The position numbers were made by a program, and so were the translations under genes. Under the pieces are notes generated by a model. That model ran no database searches, was not told the origin of the DNA, and saw only the letters and a list, made by a program, of their open reading frames with translations. From positions 93,126,001 through 93,190,000 of the forward strand of contig NC_086108.1 of NCBI RefSeq assembly GCF_963921235.1: a DNA stretch of 64,000 bases, in the 5' to 3' direction. Below, one piece after another: positions 1 through 12,221 of the stretch (positions within the stretch are counted from its first letter, which is position 1; each line of letters starts with the position of its first letter). Origin of the DNA: Mobula hypostoma (taxonomy: Eukaryota).

Positions 1-262
1 ATACAAACACACGCAACTGGTGCTATTTAAAAACCAATTGCTCCAAGCACTGTGTAGTGTCTAACATCCATGCAAGTGCATGTGATTGATGCTAGTTAGA
101 AACTGTTCAGCAATAGTTTCAAGCCCCAATTAAGCAGCATGTTGTCCCAAATAAATGAAGGGAATCCTACCTACTTTCTCGATATAGTTTTTGTTCTTTA
201 AGGGTTGTCCCAAATAAAGGGCTGTCTCGATTAAACAACACCAAATTAACTAGAATCCACTG
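1..262. mobile_element. Right end of a Tc1/pogo (Tigger-like) non-autonomous DNA transposon, cut by the window start
   Basis: Ends ...AATTAACTAGAATCCACTG followed by TA; reverse complement CAGTGGATTCTAGTTAAT resembles a Tigger-type TIR; repeated TGTCCCAAATAA motifs. Confidence 0.5.
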
Positions 263-284
263 TATATAACATTAGGGAGGTCTT

Positions 285-795
285 CAAAAGGACTTAGACA
301 GAGTAGGACAATGGGCAAAGAACTGGCAGATGGAATATAATGAAGGCAAGTCTACGGTCATGCACTTTGGTGGAAGAAATAAAGGCATAAACTATTTTTC
401 AAATGGGAAGAAAATTCAGAAATCAGAGATGCAAAAGGACTTGGGAGTCCTTGTGCAGAAGTCCTAAACGGTTAACTTGCAGGGTGAGCCGGTGGTAAGG
501 AAGGCATATGCGATGTTAGCATTCATTTCGAGTGGACAAGAATATAAAAGCAAGAATGTAATGCTGAGGCTTTATAAGGCATTGGTTAGATCGCACTGAG
601 CATATTACGTACAGTTTTGGGCCCCTTATGCCTCTAATCTAAAAAAAAGGATGTATTGGCATTGAAAATGGTCCAGAGGAGGTTCACAAGAATGATCCCA
701 GGAATGAAAGGTTTAACGTGATGGAATAGCGGAGAAAATTCGATGGGCTGAATGACCTAATTTTGCTCCTATGTCTTATTGTCTTTTGGTCTTAT
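285..795 (+). mobile_element. Degraded CR1 (HER1-like) LINE 3' fragment
   Basis: Encodes decayed WQMEYN, MHFG, DLGVLV and QRRFTRMIPG motifs; ends in a TCTTAT/GGTCTT-type tail. Confidence 0.85.
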
Positions 796-1159
796 ATAGA
801 AACAAAGTTATTCATTGAAATGAATAGAACAGTGCAGTGGTATTGATCAGCCTAGCAAGTTCTGATTCCTTTGCACAGGTATTCAGTCAGTCCAATCCTT
901 GACTCTTTCCCATATTGCAGCACTTCCGCTTTCCATTAAGCTTTTATACTAATCCTTTATGAAATCTATTTAACCACTGTAGCACTCAGTCAATTCTAGA
1001 CCTTAAGCATTTGTTATGTTAACATTTTTTGCTTACATCACTGTTGATTTTTTTTTGCACCTTGGATAGGAAGTGGATTAGTCACAACAAACAGGTTTCA
1101 GTAAACAATGAATGTATTTCATACATCGAAGGACTGCAGAAAAGAGTCATGCTTTATGG

Positions 1160-2121
1160 GTTACTTACTTCTCGTGATTTTTATTAACGACCTGGATGTG
1201 GGGGTAGAAGGGTGAGTTGGCAAGCTTGCAGACAACACAAAAGTTGGTGGTGTTGTAGATAGTGTAGAGGATTGTCGAAGATTGCAGAGAGACATTGATA
1301 GGATGCAGAAGTGGGCTGAGAAGTGGCAGATGGAGTTCAACCCGGAGAAGTGTGAGGTGGTACACTTTGGAAGGACAAACTCCAAGGCAGAGTACAAAGT
1401 AAATGGCAGGCTACTTGGTAGTGTGGAGGAGCAGAGGGATCTGGGGGTACATGTCCACAGATCCCTGAAAGTTGCCTCACAGGTGGATAGGGTAGTTAAG
1501 AAAGCTTATGGGGTGTTAGCTTTCATAAGTCGAGGGATAGAGTTTAAGAGTCGCGATGTAATGATGCGGCTCTATAAACCTCTGGTTAGGTCACACTTGG
1601 AGTACTGTGTCTAGTTCTGGTCGCCTCACTGTAGGAAGGATGTGGGAGCATTGGAAAGGGTACAGAGGAGATTTACCAGGATGCTGCCTGGTTTAGAAGG
1701 TATGCATTATGATCAGAGATTAAGGGAGCTAGGGCTTTACTCTTTGGAGAGGAGGAGGATGAGAGGAGACATGACAGAGGTGTACAAGATAATAAGAGGA
1801 ATAGATAGAGTGGATAGCCAGCGCCTCTTCCTCTGGGCACCACTGCTCAATACAAGAGGACATGGCTTTAAGGTAAGGGTTGGGAAGTTCAAGGGGGATA
1901 TTAGAGGAAGGTTTTTTACTCAGAGAGTGGTTGGTGCATGGAGTGCGCTGTCTGAGTCAGTGGTGGAGGCAGATACACTAGTGAAGTTTAAGAGACTACT
2001 AGACAGGTATATGGAGGAATTTAAGGTGGGGTGTTATATGGGAGGCAGGGTTTGAGGGTCGGCACAGCATTGTGGGCTAAAGGGCATGTAATGTGCTGTA
2101 CTATTCTATGTTCTATGTTCT
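1160..2121 (+). mobile_element. 5'-truncated CR1 LINE (RT C-terminus and 3' UTR), pseudogenised
   Basis: ORFs 1282-1614 and 1642-2055 ([35 protein letters not shown]) separated by a TAG stop; (TTCTATG)n tail. Confidence 0.95.
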
Positions 2122-2369
2122 TAATGGATTGATTAGATAAAAATAATTAGTCTAGACTTATAGATCAGGAATACCTGGTTTAAATGAGCAAGGCAGCCCA
2201 AAAATATGGAGCAAAAATAAAAGAAAGAACACACAAAAAATGTTGGAGGACCTCAGCAGGTCAGGCAGCATCTATGGAGAGGAATAAAGAGTCGACATTT
2301 TGTGCCGAGACCCCTAGAAAGGACAGGAGCCTTTCTTCACTGCAACACAGACAGCATAAAACCATAAGT

Positions 2370-2740
2370 CCATAAGACATAGGAGCAGATATAGGCCATT
2401 CAGCCCATCATGTCATCTCCACCATTCCATCATGGCTGAACCCTGATCTCACTCAACCCCATACACCTGCCTTTTCACCATATTCTTTGATGCCCTGACC
2501 GATCAGGAAGCTATCAATATATGCACGGACTTGGGCTCTACCGCAGTCTGTGGCAGGGCATTCCACAGATTTACTACTCTGGCTAAAAAATAATTCCTTT
2601 TTACCTCTGTTCTAAAGGGTTGTCCCTCAATTGTTTAGGCTGTCCCCTCTAGTTCTGGATACTCCCACCACTGGAAACATCTTCTCCACATCCACCCTTT
2701 CTAATCTTTTCAATATTCGGTAGGTTTCAATGAGATCCCC
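2370..2740 (-). mobile_element. CR1 LINE 3' fragment
   Basis: Reverse-complement tail (CCATAAG)n followed by CR1 3' UTR and ORF2 end. Confidence 0.8.
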
Positions 2741-2761
2741 GGTGAATCCCAGTAAAAGGAT

Positions 2762-3025
2762 TTAAAAGATTAGCTTTATTTGTCACATCAAAACTTTAAA
2801 ACCTACAGTGAAATGTGTCATTTTGTGTCAACGACTGTGCTGGGGGCAGCCCACAAATGTCACCGTGTTTCCGGTACATGTCCACCACCTACTAACTCTA
2901 ACCTGCACATCTTTGGAATGTGGGATGAATGGGAAGAATGTACGGACTTCTTACAAGCAGCAGTGGGAATTCTGGGAATCAATGATTGCTGGTACTGTAA
3001 AGCAATTGCACGAACGTGCTGCCAT
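2762..3025 (-). mobile_element. V-SINE (HE1-like), tail type B
   Basis: Reverse complement of GTGACAAATAAAGCTAATCTTT tail; same body as 19110-19350 and 25435-25725. Confidence 0.65.
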
Positions 3026-3057
3026 GCTGAGAGCCCTTTCTTCTCCCTCCTGTTATA

Positions 3058-3506
3058 TTTATGAGGAGCATTCAATGGCTCTGGGCCTGTACTCACTGGA
3101 GTTCAGAAGAATGGGGGAGGATCTCACTGAAACCTATCAAATATTGAAAGGCCTAGATAGAGTGGATGTGGAGAGGATGCTTCCTATAGTGGGGGAGTCT
3201 AGGACCAGAGGGCACAGCCTCAGAATGCAAGGACACCTATTCAGGACGGAGGTGAGGAGAAAATTCTTTTACAAGAGGGTGGTGAATCTGTGGAATTCAT
3301 TGCCACAGATAGCTGTGGAGGCCAAGTCATTGGGTAGATTTAAAGCAGAGGTTTAGTAAGTTGTGCTTGATTAATAAGGTTATGAGGAGAAGGCGGGAGA
3401 ATAAGGGTTGAAAGGGATAATAAAGCAGCCATGATGGAATGGTGGAGCAAACTACATGAGCTGAATGGCATAATTCTGCTCCTATGTTTTATGGGCTTAT
3501 GGTCTA
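3058..3506 (+). mobile_element. CR1 LINE 3' fragment
   Basis: LGLYSLEFRRM..DL.ETYQILKGLDRVD..RTRGHSL..RVVNLWNSLP in ORF 2808-3356. Confidence 0.9.
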
Positions 3507-3569
3507 AATTTCGTACCATGAAATTTAATAGGAGGGACAAGAAAGGAAGAATAACAAGATAAAATAAAT

Positions 3570-3817
3570 GCTATGGTAATGGTTTACAATACAAGCAACC
3601 TGGGTTCAAATCTCACCGCTGTCTGTAAGGAGTTTGTACGTTCTCCCCATGATTGCATGTGTTCCCTCCCACAGCTGAAAGACGTACTGTTGATAGGTTA
3701 ATAGGTCATTGTAAAATTGTCCCACGATTAGGCTCGGATTAAATTGGGGATTGCTGGGTGGCCTGGCTCAAAGGGCCACAAGGGCCAATTCCACACTGTA
3801 TCTCAATAAATAAATAA
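3570..3817 (+). mobile_element. tRNA-derived V-SINE (HE1-like) with CR1-type tail
   Basis: B box GGTTCAAATC near 3603; GTAAGGAGTTTGTACGTTCTCCCC V-domain; (AATA)n tail; paralog at 37080-37362. Confidence 0.8.
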
Positions 3818-4269
3818 GCAAATGGTTCAATTTTAAAATGGCTTTAAGGAGCAGGCAGGGGAGTTCATAGATTCACCTGCAATGAGGACTATGTGGGAAA
3901 CCGAGCTGATTTAATACCTCAGTGGAGTCCTTGTTGAAATGACACCAGGAGAAGGTGTGATTGATATTTCTAAGATGAGAGCTCGTTTATTATAATGGAG
4001 CTTGCAAGCTGAAATTAAACTATGTGATCATGTGAAATATGAACTGCTGTATTTGTGGAAGCACACAATGTTACAATATGGCAGGAAATTCAAGAGTGAG
4101 AGCAAAGACAAAATGGTAAATTTATTCCAATCATAAAGTACTCTTCCATTTTCAGTGTTCTTCATGTGAGGACAGTGCAAATGAAGGAGCCCAGTAACCA
4201 TACGGTAGCATACCTGAAGTTCAAGACTTTAGCAATGAGTATTAGTCAAAGGAGAGCTTATTGAAGTAT

Positions 4270-4465
4270 TAAACACAAGAGATTCTGCAGGTGCTGGAAA
4301 TCCAGAGCCTAGTTTTTCCTCCTCCTCCACCTTCGTATTCTGGCATCATTTCCCCTTTCCATTCCAGTCCTGGTGAAGGACCTCGGCCTGACATTCTGAC
4401 TGTTTATTCATTTCCTCAGATGCTGCCTGGCCTGTTGAGTTCCTCCAGCATTTTGTGTGTGTTGC
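4270..4465 (+). mobile_element. Short Penelope-terminal-repeat-derived element with decayed hammerhead motif
   Basis: CCAGTCCTGGTGAAGGACCTCGGCCTGA..GATGCTGCCTGGCCTG matches the Penelope 3' end at 25117-25210. Confidence 0.7.
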
Positions 4466-5037
4466 TGTTTGAGGAGGATTAAGGATTTTGTCAAGGCAAA
4501 TACCAAAATGGGCAGAAATTCAAATTCTACATAACTACTTCACATAGAGGAAAGTTTCATCATTGCTAAAGTAAAACCCAAACAGTGTCTTGTTTGAAGA
4601 AAAACAGATAAATACTTCAAAAACAGATAATCTAATGGAATGTGGGGGAAAGGTTGAGGTAACTTTTACTTAAATATTTTGCCTGCATGAGGAACCAGCA
4701 CAAATAAGTTGAGAGGAGTAATTTCCTGTCATGTTGTAACATTGTTTGATTCCCAATATGCAAGTCACATGATAACACTAATTTCAGCCTGCAAGCTGAC
4801 TATGATAAAGGAAACATCAATTTAGGTATATCAGTCGCATTTCCTTTCTGGGTCATTACAACAGGACTTAAGGAAATGTACCCAAACCCTTCCCATTCAG
4901 TGACGTTTCATCCCCAGTAACTTGCAAAACAAAATATTGTATTTACTAGAACTTCGTGTTAAAGTGAAGCCAACATTTTTAAGATAATAGGTTAGTAGAA
5001 CTGTGTTCTGTTTAGATATCAAGAATACATTTACATC

Positions 5038-5355
5038 TGTTACGATATGCACCCAACCATGCCAGCTTCTGGGGTTTAGACGCTCCAACTCTCCAGAATA
5101 TGGATCGTTGGTGCGGCCGCTTTAAAGACTCAGGCTGCCCCACTAATTGGCCGCCACGTTTTAGCACCAGGATTTTAATATTTAAAGAGCACCTGCATTG
5201 AGGTTCTGTGTCACTCGTCAACTCTACTTCCGATTCTGGTCTAGCATCAATTTTAGAACCCTGTCCTCATCTCAGTCTCATATCGTGTCTCGATTCTAGT
5301 CTCGGATACTCCAGCACTTGAATCCTAACCATCTTCACCTAGGTCTCTCGTCACA
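5038..5355. mobile_element. Probable solo LTR (318 bp)
   Basis: TGTTACGA...TCGTCACA inverted termini (7/8); flanks ACATC/GCATC consistent with a 5-bp TSD with one mismatch. Confidence 0.55.
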
Positions 5356-5733
5356 GCATCGAGTCCCAGTTAAAGCAACAGTCTCATTTTCCAGAATTAG
5401 ACTGTAACTGTGTAGCACATAGAATTAAGAATGTTAACAGCACGGAAACTGATCATTTTTGATCTTGTTTATACTCTACACGACAATTATCATCATGATA
5501 TCCTGTATGTTAATTCTCCCTCGTGTGTTCATTCACTTCCTTGCTTATTAACCTCAATGCATCCTTTCTGAACCAAACTGGTTCCTCTTGAATTCCCTGT
5601 TAGATTTCAGAGTGACTTGCTTATTACCCTTAACCTTCACCTAATTGAGTACCTAATCAAAGACAGCAATGGGTTAATGATGTTATTTCATCTCTTCAGT
5701 ATTCTGACTCAGAACAGACTCAATGCACTAAAT

Positions 5734-6541
5734 CAAGGGTCCCCAACCTTTTCTGCACCGCGGACCGGTTTAATATTGACAATATTCTTGCGGACCGGCC
5801 GACCCAGGGGGAGGGGTGGTGTTCAAGTAGGGTTAAACTCACCTCAACATGTCTTTTACAGTTAGGGTTGCCAACTTTCTCACTCCCAAATAAGGGACAA
5901 AAGTAGCAGTCAAATCCCGGGACACTTGTGTTTTCCCCAGGAAAGACTACCATGACCATGAAGCCTTGCGCGGGCACCTGTGTGCGCATGCGTGATGTGC
6001 CCATGTGATGTGTGCATGCACGTACATGCCGATTTTTTTTTCCCACAAATCAGTTTTCTCTTAATCTTCCCGACTATACTGTACATACATTATTTCTACT
6101 TTATATAGGCTGTGTATTTATCATATCATTCCTGCTTTTACTATATGTTAGTGTTATTTATTTTTGGTTTTATGTGTTGTTTGGTATGATTTGTTAGGTT
6201 ATTTTTTGGGTCTGGGAACGCTTAAAAATTTTTCCCATATAAATTAATGGTAATTGCTTCTTCGCTTCACGCCATTTCAACACAAAAGGTTTCATAGGAA
6301 TGCTCTACCTTAGCGGGGAAAATACGGGACAAGGGCAGTCCCGTATGGGACAAACCAATTTAACCCAATATACGGGATGTCCCGGCAAATACAGGACAGT
6401 TGGCAACCCTATGTTCAAGATCAACAGTGCGTGACAGGGAATGAGGAAAGGTGCAGCTGACACATATCATTTCCTCACGACCCGGTAGCACATGCTTTGC
6501 GTCCCGGTACTGGTCTGCGGCCCGGTGGTTGGGGACCGCTG
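5734..6541. mobile_element. hAT (Charlie-like) non-autonomous transposon carrying a nested Blackjack-like hAT element (5828-6411)
   Basis: TIRs CAAGGGTCCCCAACC / GGTTGGGGACCGCTG, 8-bp TSD CACTAAAT/CGCTAAAT; inner TAGGGTT...GTTGGCAACCCTA flanked by perfect 8-bp TGTTCAAG. Confidence 0.9.
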
Positions 6542-6819
6542 CGCTAAATGGCCTAATTCTACTCCTATGTCTTATGGTCTTAATGAAACATACAATGCAA
6601 CAACCATAAGCCTTACATCCAAAGAAGTATTAGTCCCATGTCGTTTCTCAGTAATCAGGTAGGAATTCAATGTTTAATTACACCATACAAAGAACCTCAA
6701 AGATGCCTAAAAAGTCTGGGTGACATTGAACCCTTGAGGAAAGCGAAGAAGCTTGTTAATCTCATTCTTGTTTGTAGGATCTTACTCTCTAAGAAGCAAT
6801 ATACCGTAGTTCCAGAATC

Positions 6820-7165
6820 AGAACTTCCCAGTGGCCAAACATTTTAATTCCCATTCCCATTTTGGCATGTCAGTCCACTCTGGCCTATTACCTCTTCTCA
6901 CCTGCATATTACCTCCCCCGGATCCCCTCTTTCTTCCCTTTCTCCTGTGGTCCACTTTCCTCCCCAGTGCTTTATTCTCTCAACCCACCTGGCTTCACCT
7001 ATCACCTTCCAGCTATCTCCTCTCCCCAATCTTTTAGTTCTGGCGTCTTCCCCTTTCCTTTCCAGTCCCGGAGAAGGGTCTCGGCCTGAAATGTCGACTG
7101 TCTATCCATTTCCATAGATGCTGCCCGACCTGCTGAGTTCCTCCAGTATTTTGTGAGTGTTGCGA
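6820..7165 (+). mobile_element. Penelope 3'-end fragment with decayed hammerhead
   Basis: CCCAGTGGCCAAACATTTTAATTCC matches 24653-24678; pyrimidine-rich tract; AGTCCCGGAGAAGGGTCTCGGCCTGAAATGTCGACT at 7064-7099. Confidence 0.8.
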
Positions 7166-7966
7166 TATATTTACCTATGTTGATGACGGGGAAGAGAAAG
7201 AAAAATGAGCCATAAGCAGATTGAATTGAAGTGAAGGCTTAAAGACTTGAATGGCCTGCTCTTGCTCTTGCTCTTATTCTTTTTTATTACATTATCCAAG
7301 AAACTTCATGGAATTGCTGAGACTCTTAATACTCAATGATAGAACAAGAATATAGAATGTTGCAGGCCTTTTTAAGGTTGTACCAAGCTTTCAACCTGCT
7401 CTATGATCAATCTAACCCTTCCCTCCTGCATCCTCTATTTTTCTATCTTCCATGTGCCTATCTAAGAGTTTCTTAAATGTCCCTAACATATCCGCCTCTA
7501 TCACCAACCCGGAAGAGTGAGTGATGAATCATTCTTGCAGAATGATGTTGAATCATTCTTAGCAATCAGTATAGGTTGAGACTCAAAGCTTTGTTAAGAA
7601 AAAAAATGCTTTGTTTCCTTTTTTGGAGAAAAATTGTTAATGTCACATAGTGAGCCCATATGTTGTGCTGAAACTATAAATAATGCCTCAGAATTTATTT
7701 ATTTAGAAATAAAACCTGGAATAGGCCCTTCAGGATCTTTGAACCGCACTGTCAGCAACTCCCAGTTTAACCCTTGCCTAATCATGGGACAATTTACAAT
7801 GGCCAATTAACCTACTAACTGGTACATCTTTGGAGTGTGGGGGGAAATATATCAGTGACTCATATCGCATTAGTTACCAAACATTCTTTTTAAATCCATT
7901 TTCTATAATGTAGTTCTGTTCACTATTCTGGAAGATGGTGCATCAACTTGGTAAAAATTTTAAAAT

Positions 7967-8508
7967 ACTCTCAGTGGCCACTTTATTAGGTACACATGTC
8001 CACCTGCTCAATAATGTAAATGTCTAATCGGCCAATCACATGGCAGCAATTCAATGCATAAAAGCATGCAGATGTGGTCAAGAGGTTCAGTTGTTGTACA
8101 GATCAAACATCAGAATGGGGAAGAAATGTGATATAAGTAACTTTGACTGTGGAATTATTGTTGGTGCCAGATGGAGTGCTTTGAGTATCTCAGAAACAGC
8201 TGATCTGAGAATTTTACATACAACCCTCTCTAGAGTTTACACAGAATGGTGTTGGTGTGACAAACAAAACACATCCTGTCATCACAGTTCTGAAGGAATA
8301 AATGCCTTTTTAATAAGAGGTCATAGGAGAATGGCCAGACTGATTCAAAACTGACAGGAAGGTGACAGTAACTCAAGTAACCATCCATTACAACAGGGGT
8401 GTGCAAAATAGCATCTCTGAACACAAAACATGTTGAACCTTGAAGTGGATAGCAGAAGACCCCAAGCATACACTCAATGGCTACTTTATGAGGTACCGAC
8501 GTACCTAA
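7967..8508 (+). mobile_element. Tc1-type deleted transposon (N-terminal HTH remnant)
   Basis: CTCAGTGGCCACTTTATTAGGTACA terminus repeated near 8472; ORF MGKKCDISNFDCGIIVGAR..SISETADL..TTLSRVY. Confidence 0.8.
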
Positions 8509-8669
8509 TCATAAACATCAATTACTGAGCATTCTTTACATTTCTACTTTCCATAATGGCGTTTGGTTGACTTTTCTAGAAGATGGTGCATCAATTTTTC
8601 AAAGACTTTAAAATATCTCACAACACTCCAATTATGATCAAGTTTTTGTTGCAAGCTTTTAACAATAAG

Positions 8670-10912
8670 ACCTTAAGATGTAGGAGCAGAAGTAGGCCAT
8701 TTGGCCTATCAAGTCTATTCCATTTCATCATGACTGATCCAATTTTTCCTCTTGGCCCCAATCTCCTGTCTTCTCCCCACAACCCTTCATGCCCTCACTA
8801 ATCATGAAGCTTACATATACCCAGTGTCTTAGCCTTTGCAACTGCCTGTGCAAACAAATTCCACAGATTCACCACTCAGTGGCTAAAGAAATTCCTCATC
8901 TCTGTTCTAAAAGGACACACCTATATTCTGAGACTGTGTCCTCTGGTCTTTGTCTTCCCCACCATAGGAAACATCCTCTCCAAATCCACTCTATTAAGTC
9001 ATTTCAACATTCGATAGGTTTCAATGAGGTCAACCCTCACTCTTCTGAATGCCAGTGAGCAGAGGCCCAGAGCTCTCAAAGGCTCCTCATATGACGAGCC
9101 TTTCAATCCTAGAATCATTTTTGTAAACCTCCTTTGAACCCTCTCCAATGTCAGCACATCCTTTCTTAGATAAGAGGCCCAAAGCTGCTCATAATACTCC
9201 AAGTGAGGCTTCACCATTGCTTTACAAAGCTTCAAAATTACATCCTTGCTTTTATATTCTAGTCCCCTTGAAATGAATGCTAACATTGCATTTGCCTTCC
9301 CTACCACCAACTCAACTTGCAAATTAACCGATAGGGAATCCTGCACAAGGACTCCCAAGTCCCACTCCATCTCAGATTTTGAGATCTGAAAACAGTATTT
9401 GCTTTTATTTCTTCTACCCAGGTGCATGACTATACATTTCCTGATACTGTGTTCCATCTGTCACTTCTTCGCCCATTCTCTTAATCTGTGTAGGTCCTTC
9501 TGTAGCTTCTCTACTTCCTCAAAACTAACTGCCCCTCCACCTACCTTCATATCGTCCGCAAACTTGGCTACAGAACCATCAATTCTGACATCCAAGTCAT
9601 TAACATATAACATAAAGAGAAGTGGTCTCAACACAGACCCCTGTGGAACACCTCTAGTAACTGGCATCCAACCAGAAAAGGCTCCCTTCATTCCCACTCT
9701 TTGCCTCCTGCCAGTCAGTTATTTTTTTATCCATGCTAGTATCTTTCCTGCAATACCAAAGGCTCTTAACTTGTTAAGCAGCCTCATGTATGGTACCTTG
9801 TCAGAGGCCTTCTGAAAATTCAAGTAAACAACATGCACTAATTCTCCTTTGTCTGTTCTACCTGTTATTTCTTCAAAGAGTTCCAACAGATTTGTCAGGC
9901 AAGATTTTCCCTTAAGGAAACCACGCTGACTACAGTCTATTTTATCATGTGCCTCCACATCCTTAACAATCGACTCCAACACCTTCCCAACCACTGAGGT
10001 CAGAATAAATGGCCTATAATTTCCTTTCTTCTGCCTCTCTCCTGCCTCTCTCTCTTCTTGAAGAGTGGAGTGACATTTGCAATTTTCCATTCCTCCGGAA
10101 CCATTACAGAATCTAGTGATTCTTAAAAGACTATTACTAATGTCCAAGGTTGTCAAGCCGAGGAGTGGTAGTGAGGACAAGCTCCCACTACCTAAAAGTG
10201 CTCCTCACGGCATGCACCTCAAATAGCCCCTGACAACCAAGTCCAACTCCTGGCCTTCTCGTGTGGCTTAGCCTCTAAGCCCGGCGGAACTGTTTCTACT
10301 GACAGGAGAAGGGGCGAAGGCGGGTCCTGGCGCCTTAAAACCAGTGCTTCGGGTAGACGGAGCTCGTCAGCCTGGGTAGGCAGTCCATCTAAGAGAGGGA
10401 AAACTCTGATTTCAAACCTCCGCTGCCTTGCGGCCATACCCACTTATAGGAAAGGCTTCGGGAGTAAACCCTGAGGACAAATCCGGGGCTGGAGTCCCTA
10501 AGGAAGTCTGACGTTGCCTTCAACCTCGCTCTGGCAATTCCTACGACGTCACTGGTGTCAAGCTATATCGGTCCTTGCCCTTCCCTTGGACAACATCGGT
10601 GGCGTGGAGAGGGGAGGGTTGCTGCTTGGGCAACTGCCGGTCTTCCATACAACCTTGCCCAGGCCTGCGCCCTGGAGAGACTGAAGCAAAACTTTTCAGG
10701 CGCAGATCCATGGTCTCGTGAGTCTAATGGATGCCATCCAGATTACTAATGCCTCCGCAGTTTCTTCATCCACCTCTTTCAGAACTCTGGAGTGTACACC
10801 ATCTAGTGCAGGTGACTTATCTACTTTCAGAGCTTTCAGTTTCCCGAGAACCTGCTCCTTAGTAATGGCAAATTCACACACTTCTGCCCCCTGACACCCT
10901 CTGACTTCCAAC
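8670..10912 (-). mobile_element. CR1 LINE RT fragment, interrupted by insertion 10143-10741
   Basis: ORFs with [51 protein letters not shown]. Confidence 0.95.
10143..10741 (+). mobile_element. Non-autonomous LINE derivative (RTE/Vingi-type 5' UTR joined to a short 3' end)
   Basis: Flanked by 10-bp direct repeat ATTACTAATG (10133-10142, 10742-10751); non-coding; related copy on minus strand at 46878-52272; 3' half shared with 53075-53265. Confidence 0.7.
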
Positions 10913-11459
10913 TGATGCAAAATACTTATGAAGTATGAGGTATTCTTTCCCTAGTATGCAGGCAGACGCAGGAAGTGGTTGGCAAACGCAGGTCCATAAC
11001 TCATTCATGCTCCAAAAAGCCCTGCTACTGTTGAAATGCTGTGTTTTCTGAATGTCCAAGATTGAATCATTACTTCCTGCACTAAAACAGTATTGCGTAA
11101 GTCTCTGTTCCATTACCACTATTGCTGACCTGATTTGGAGAACCTAACTTTAAAAATAAATAGGGGTGAATGGCTGCATCATGTTGTGCGTGATACATAT
11201 TGTCAACTCGCAGCAGAATTGTATGATCTTTTGTTTCACTGATAAACTGAGTCATAACCCACTTAATATAATGGACTTTCATTAAAATGGAGAATGTAAT
11301 ATGAGAACCCTGTTTGTGCAGCCTGACTGTTATCTTTTGTATAACTCTGCATGTTATCAGCATGAGGATGTTAAAGCCAAAGTCACATTTTTAATGTTCC
11401 CATTTGATCAAACTTTCAATTTTTTAAATTTTTTGATAAAATTTTATTCAGAGTGTTCA

Positions 11460-12205
11460 CTGCGCAAGGGCACTTGATGAGGGACGGTACAGGTGAAGGC
11501 ATGATCAGGTCCTGAAGACCATCGCTGAAGCCGTCAGTGCAGGAGTTGAGTGGGTGAAGTGGTCCCGACCCTCCAAGCAGACCATTGCCTTTGTCAGAGC
11601 TGGGCAGCAGCCAATACTTGCCGAAAGGACATCTGCAGGCATTCTGACCTCTGCAAGGGACTGGCAGCTGTTGGTGGACCTCGAAGGGCAGCTGAAGTTC
11701 CCCAGCCATATCGCAGCCACCACCCTGCGACCAGACATTGTCCTAGTGTCTGAGTCTACTAAGCAAGTGGTGCTGCTGGAGCTGACAGTCCCATGGGAAG
11801 ATAGCTTGGAGGAGGCCTTTGAAAGGAAGCTCTCCAAGTACGCAGGACTGGTCAGCAACTATCAGCAGGCTGGATGGAGAACAAGGTGTCTCCCAGTGGA
11901 GGTTGGTTGTAGGGAATTCATAGCCCGTTCTTTAGTTAGAACCTTCAGCATTTTGGATATCGAGGGAGAGAGGAAGAGGAGAGCCATCCGCAGTACCACC
12001 GATGCAGCAGAGAGGGCCTCAGGATGGCTGTGGCTCAAAAGAGGGGAGCCATGGAGTCATAAGTAGCTAACCATCTGGACACAAGCTGGGGTCTGATCAG
12101 CCCCGGCTGGGTCACCTGGAGGAGGTTGTATGATGTTGAAAGACCCGAAACACCCGATGATTCCAGGAACATCACTGAAGATGTGTCCAGAAGCATCAAT
12201 AGATG
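11460..12205 (+). mobile_element. 3' end of a restriction-like-endonuclease non-LTR retrotransposon (HERO/NeSL-like)
   Basis: ORF 11554-12066 has RPDIVL..VVLLELTVPWE..AFERKLSKY..PVEVG, the PD-(D/E)xK RLE signature of R2/R4/HERO elements. Confidence 0.85.
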
Positions 12206-12221
12206 TATGTACACAGCAGAG

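Noticed and set aside
3918..4008. Possible minus-strand exon (TTTCAG..GTATT; CKLHYNKRALILEISITPSPGVISTRTPL)
   Set aside because: Weak donor site, no recognisable protein similarity and no partner exons.
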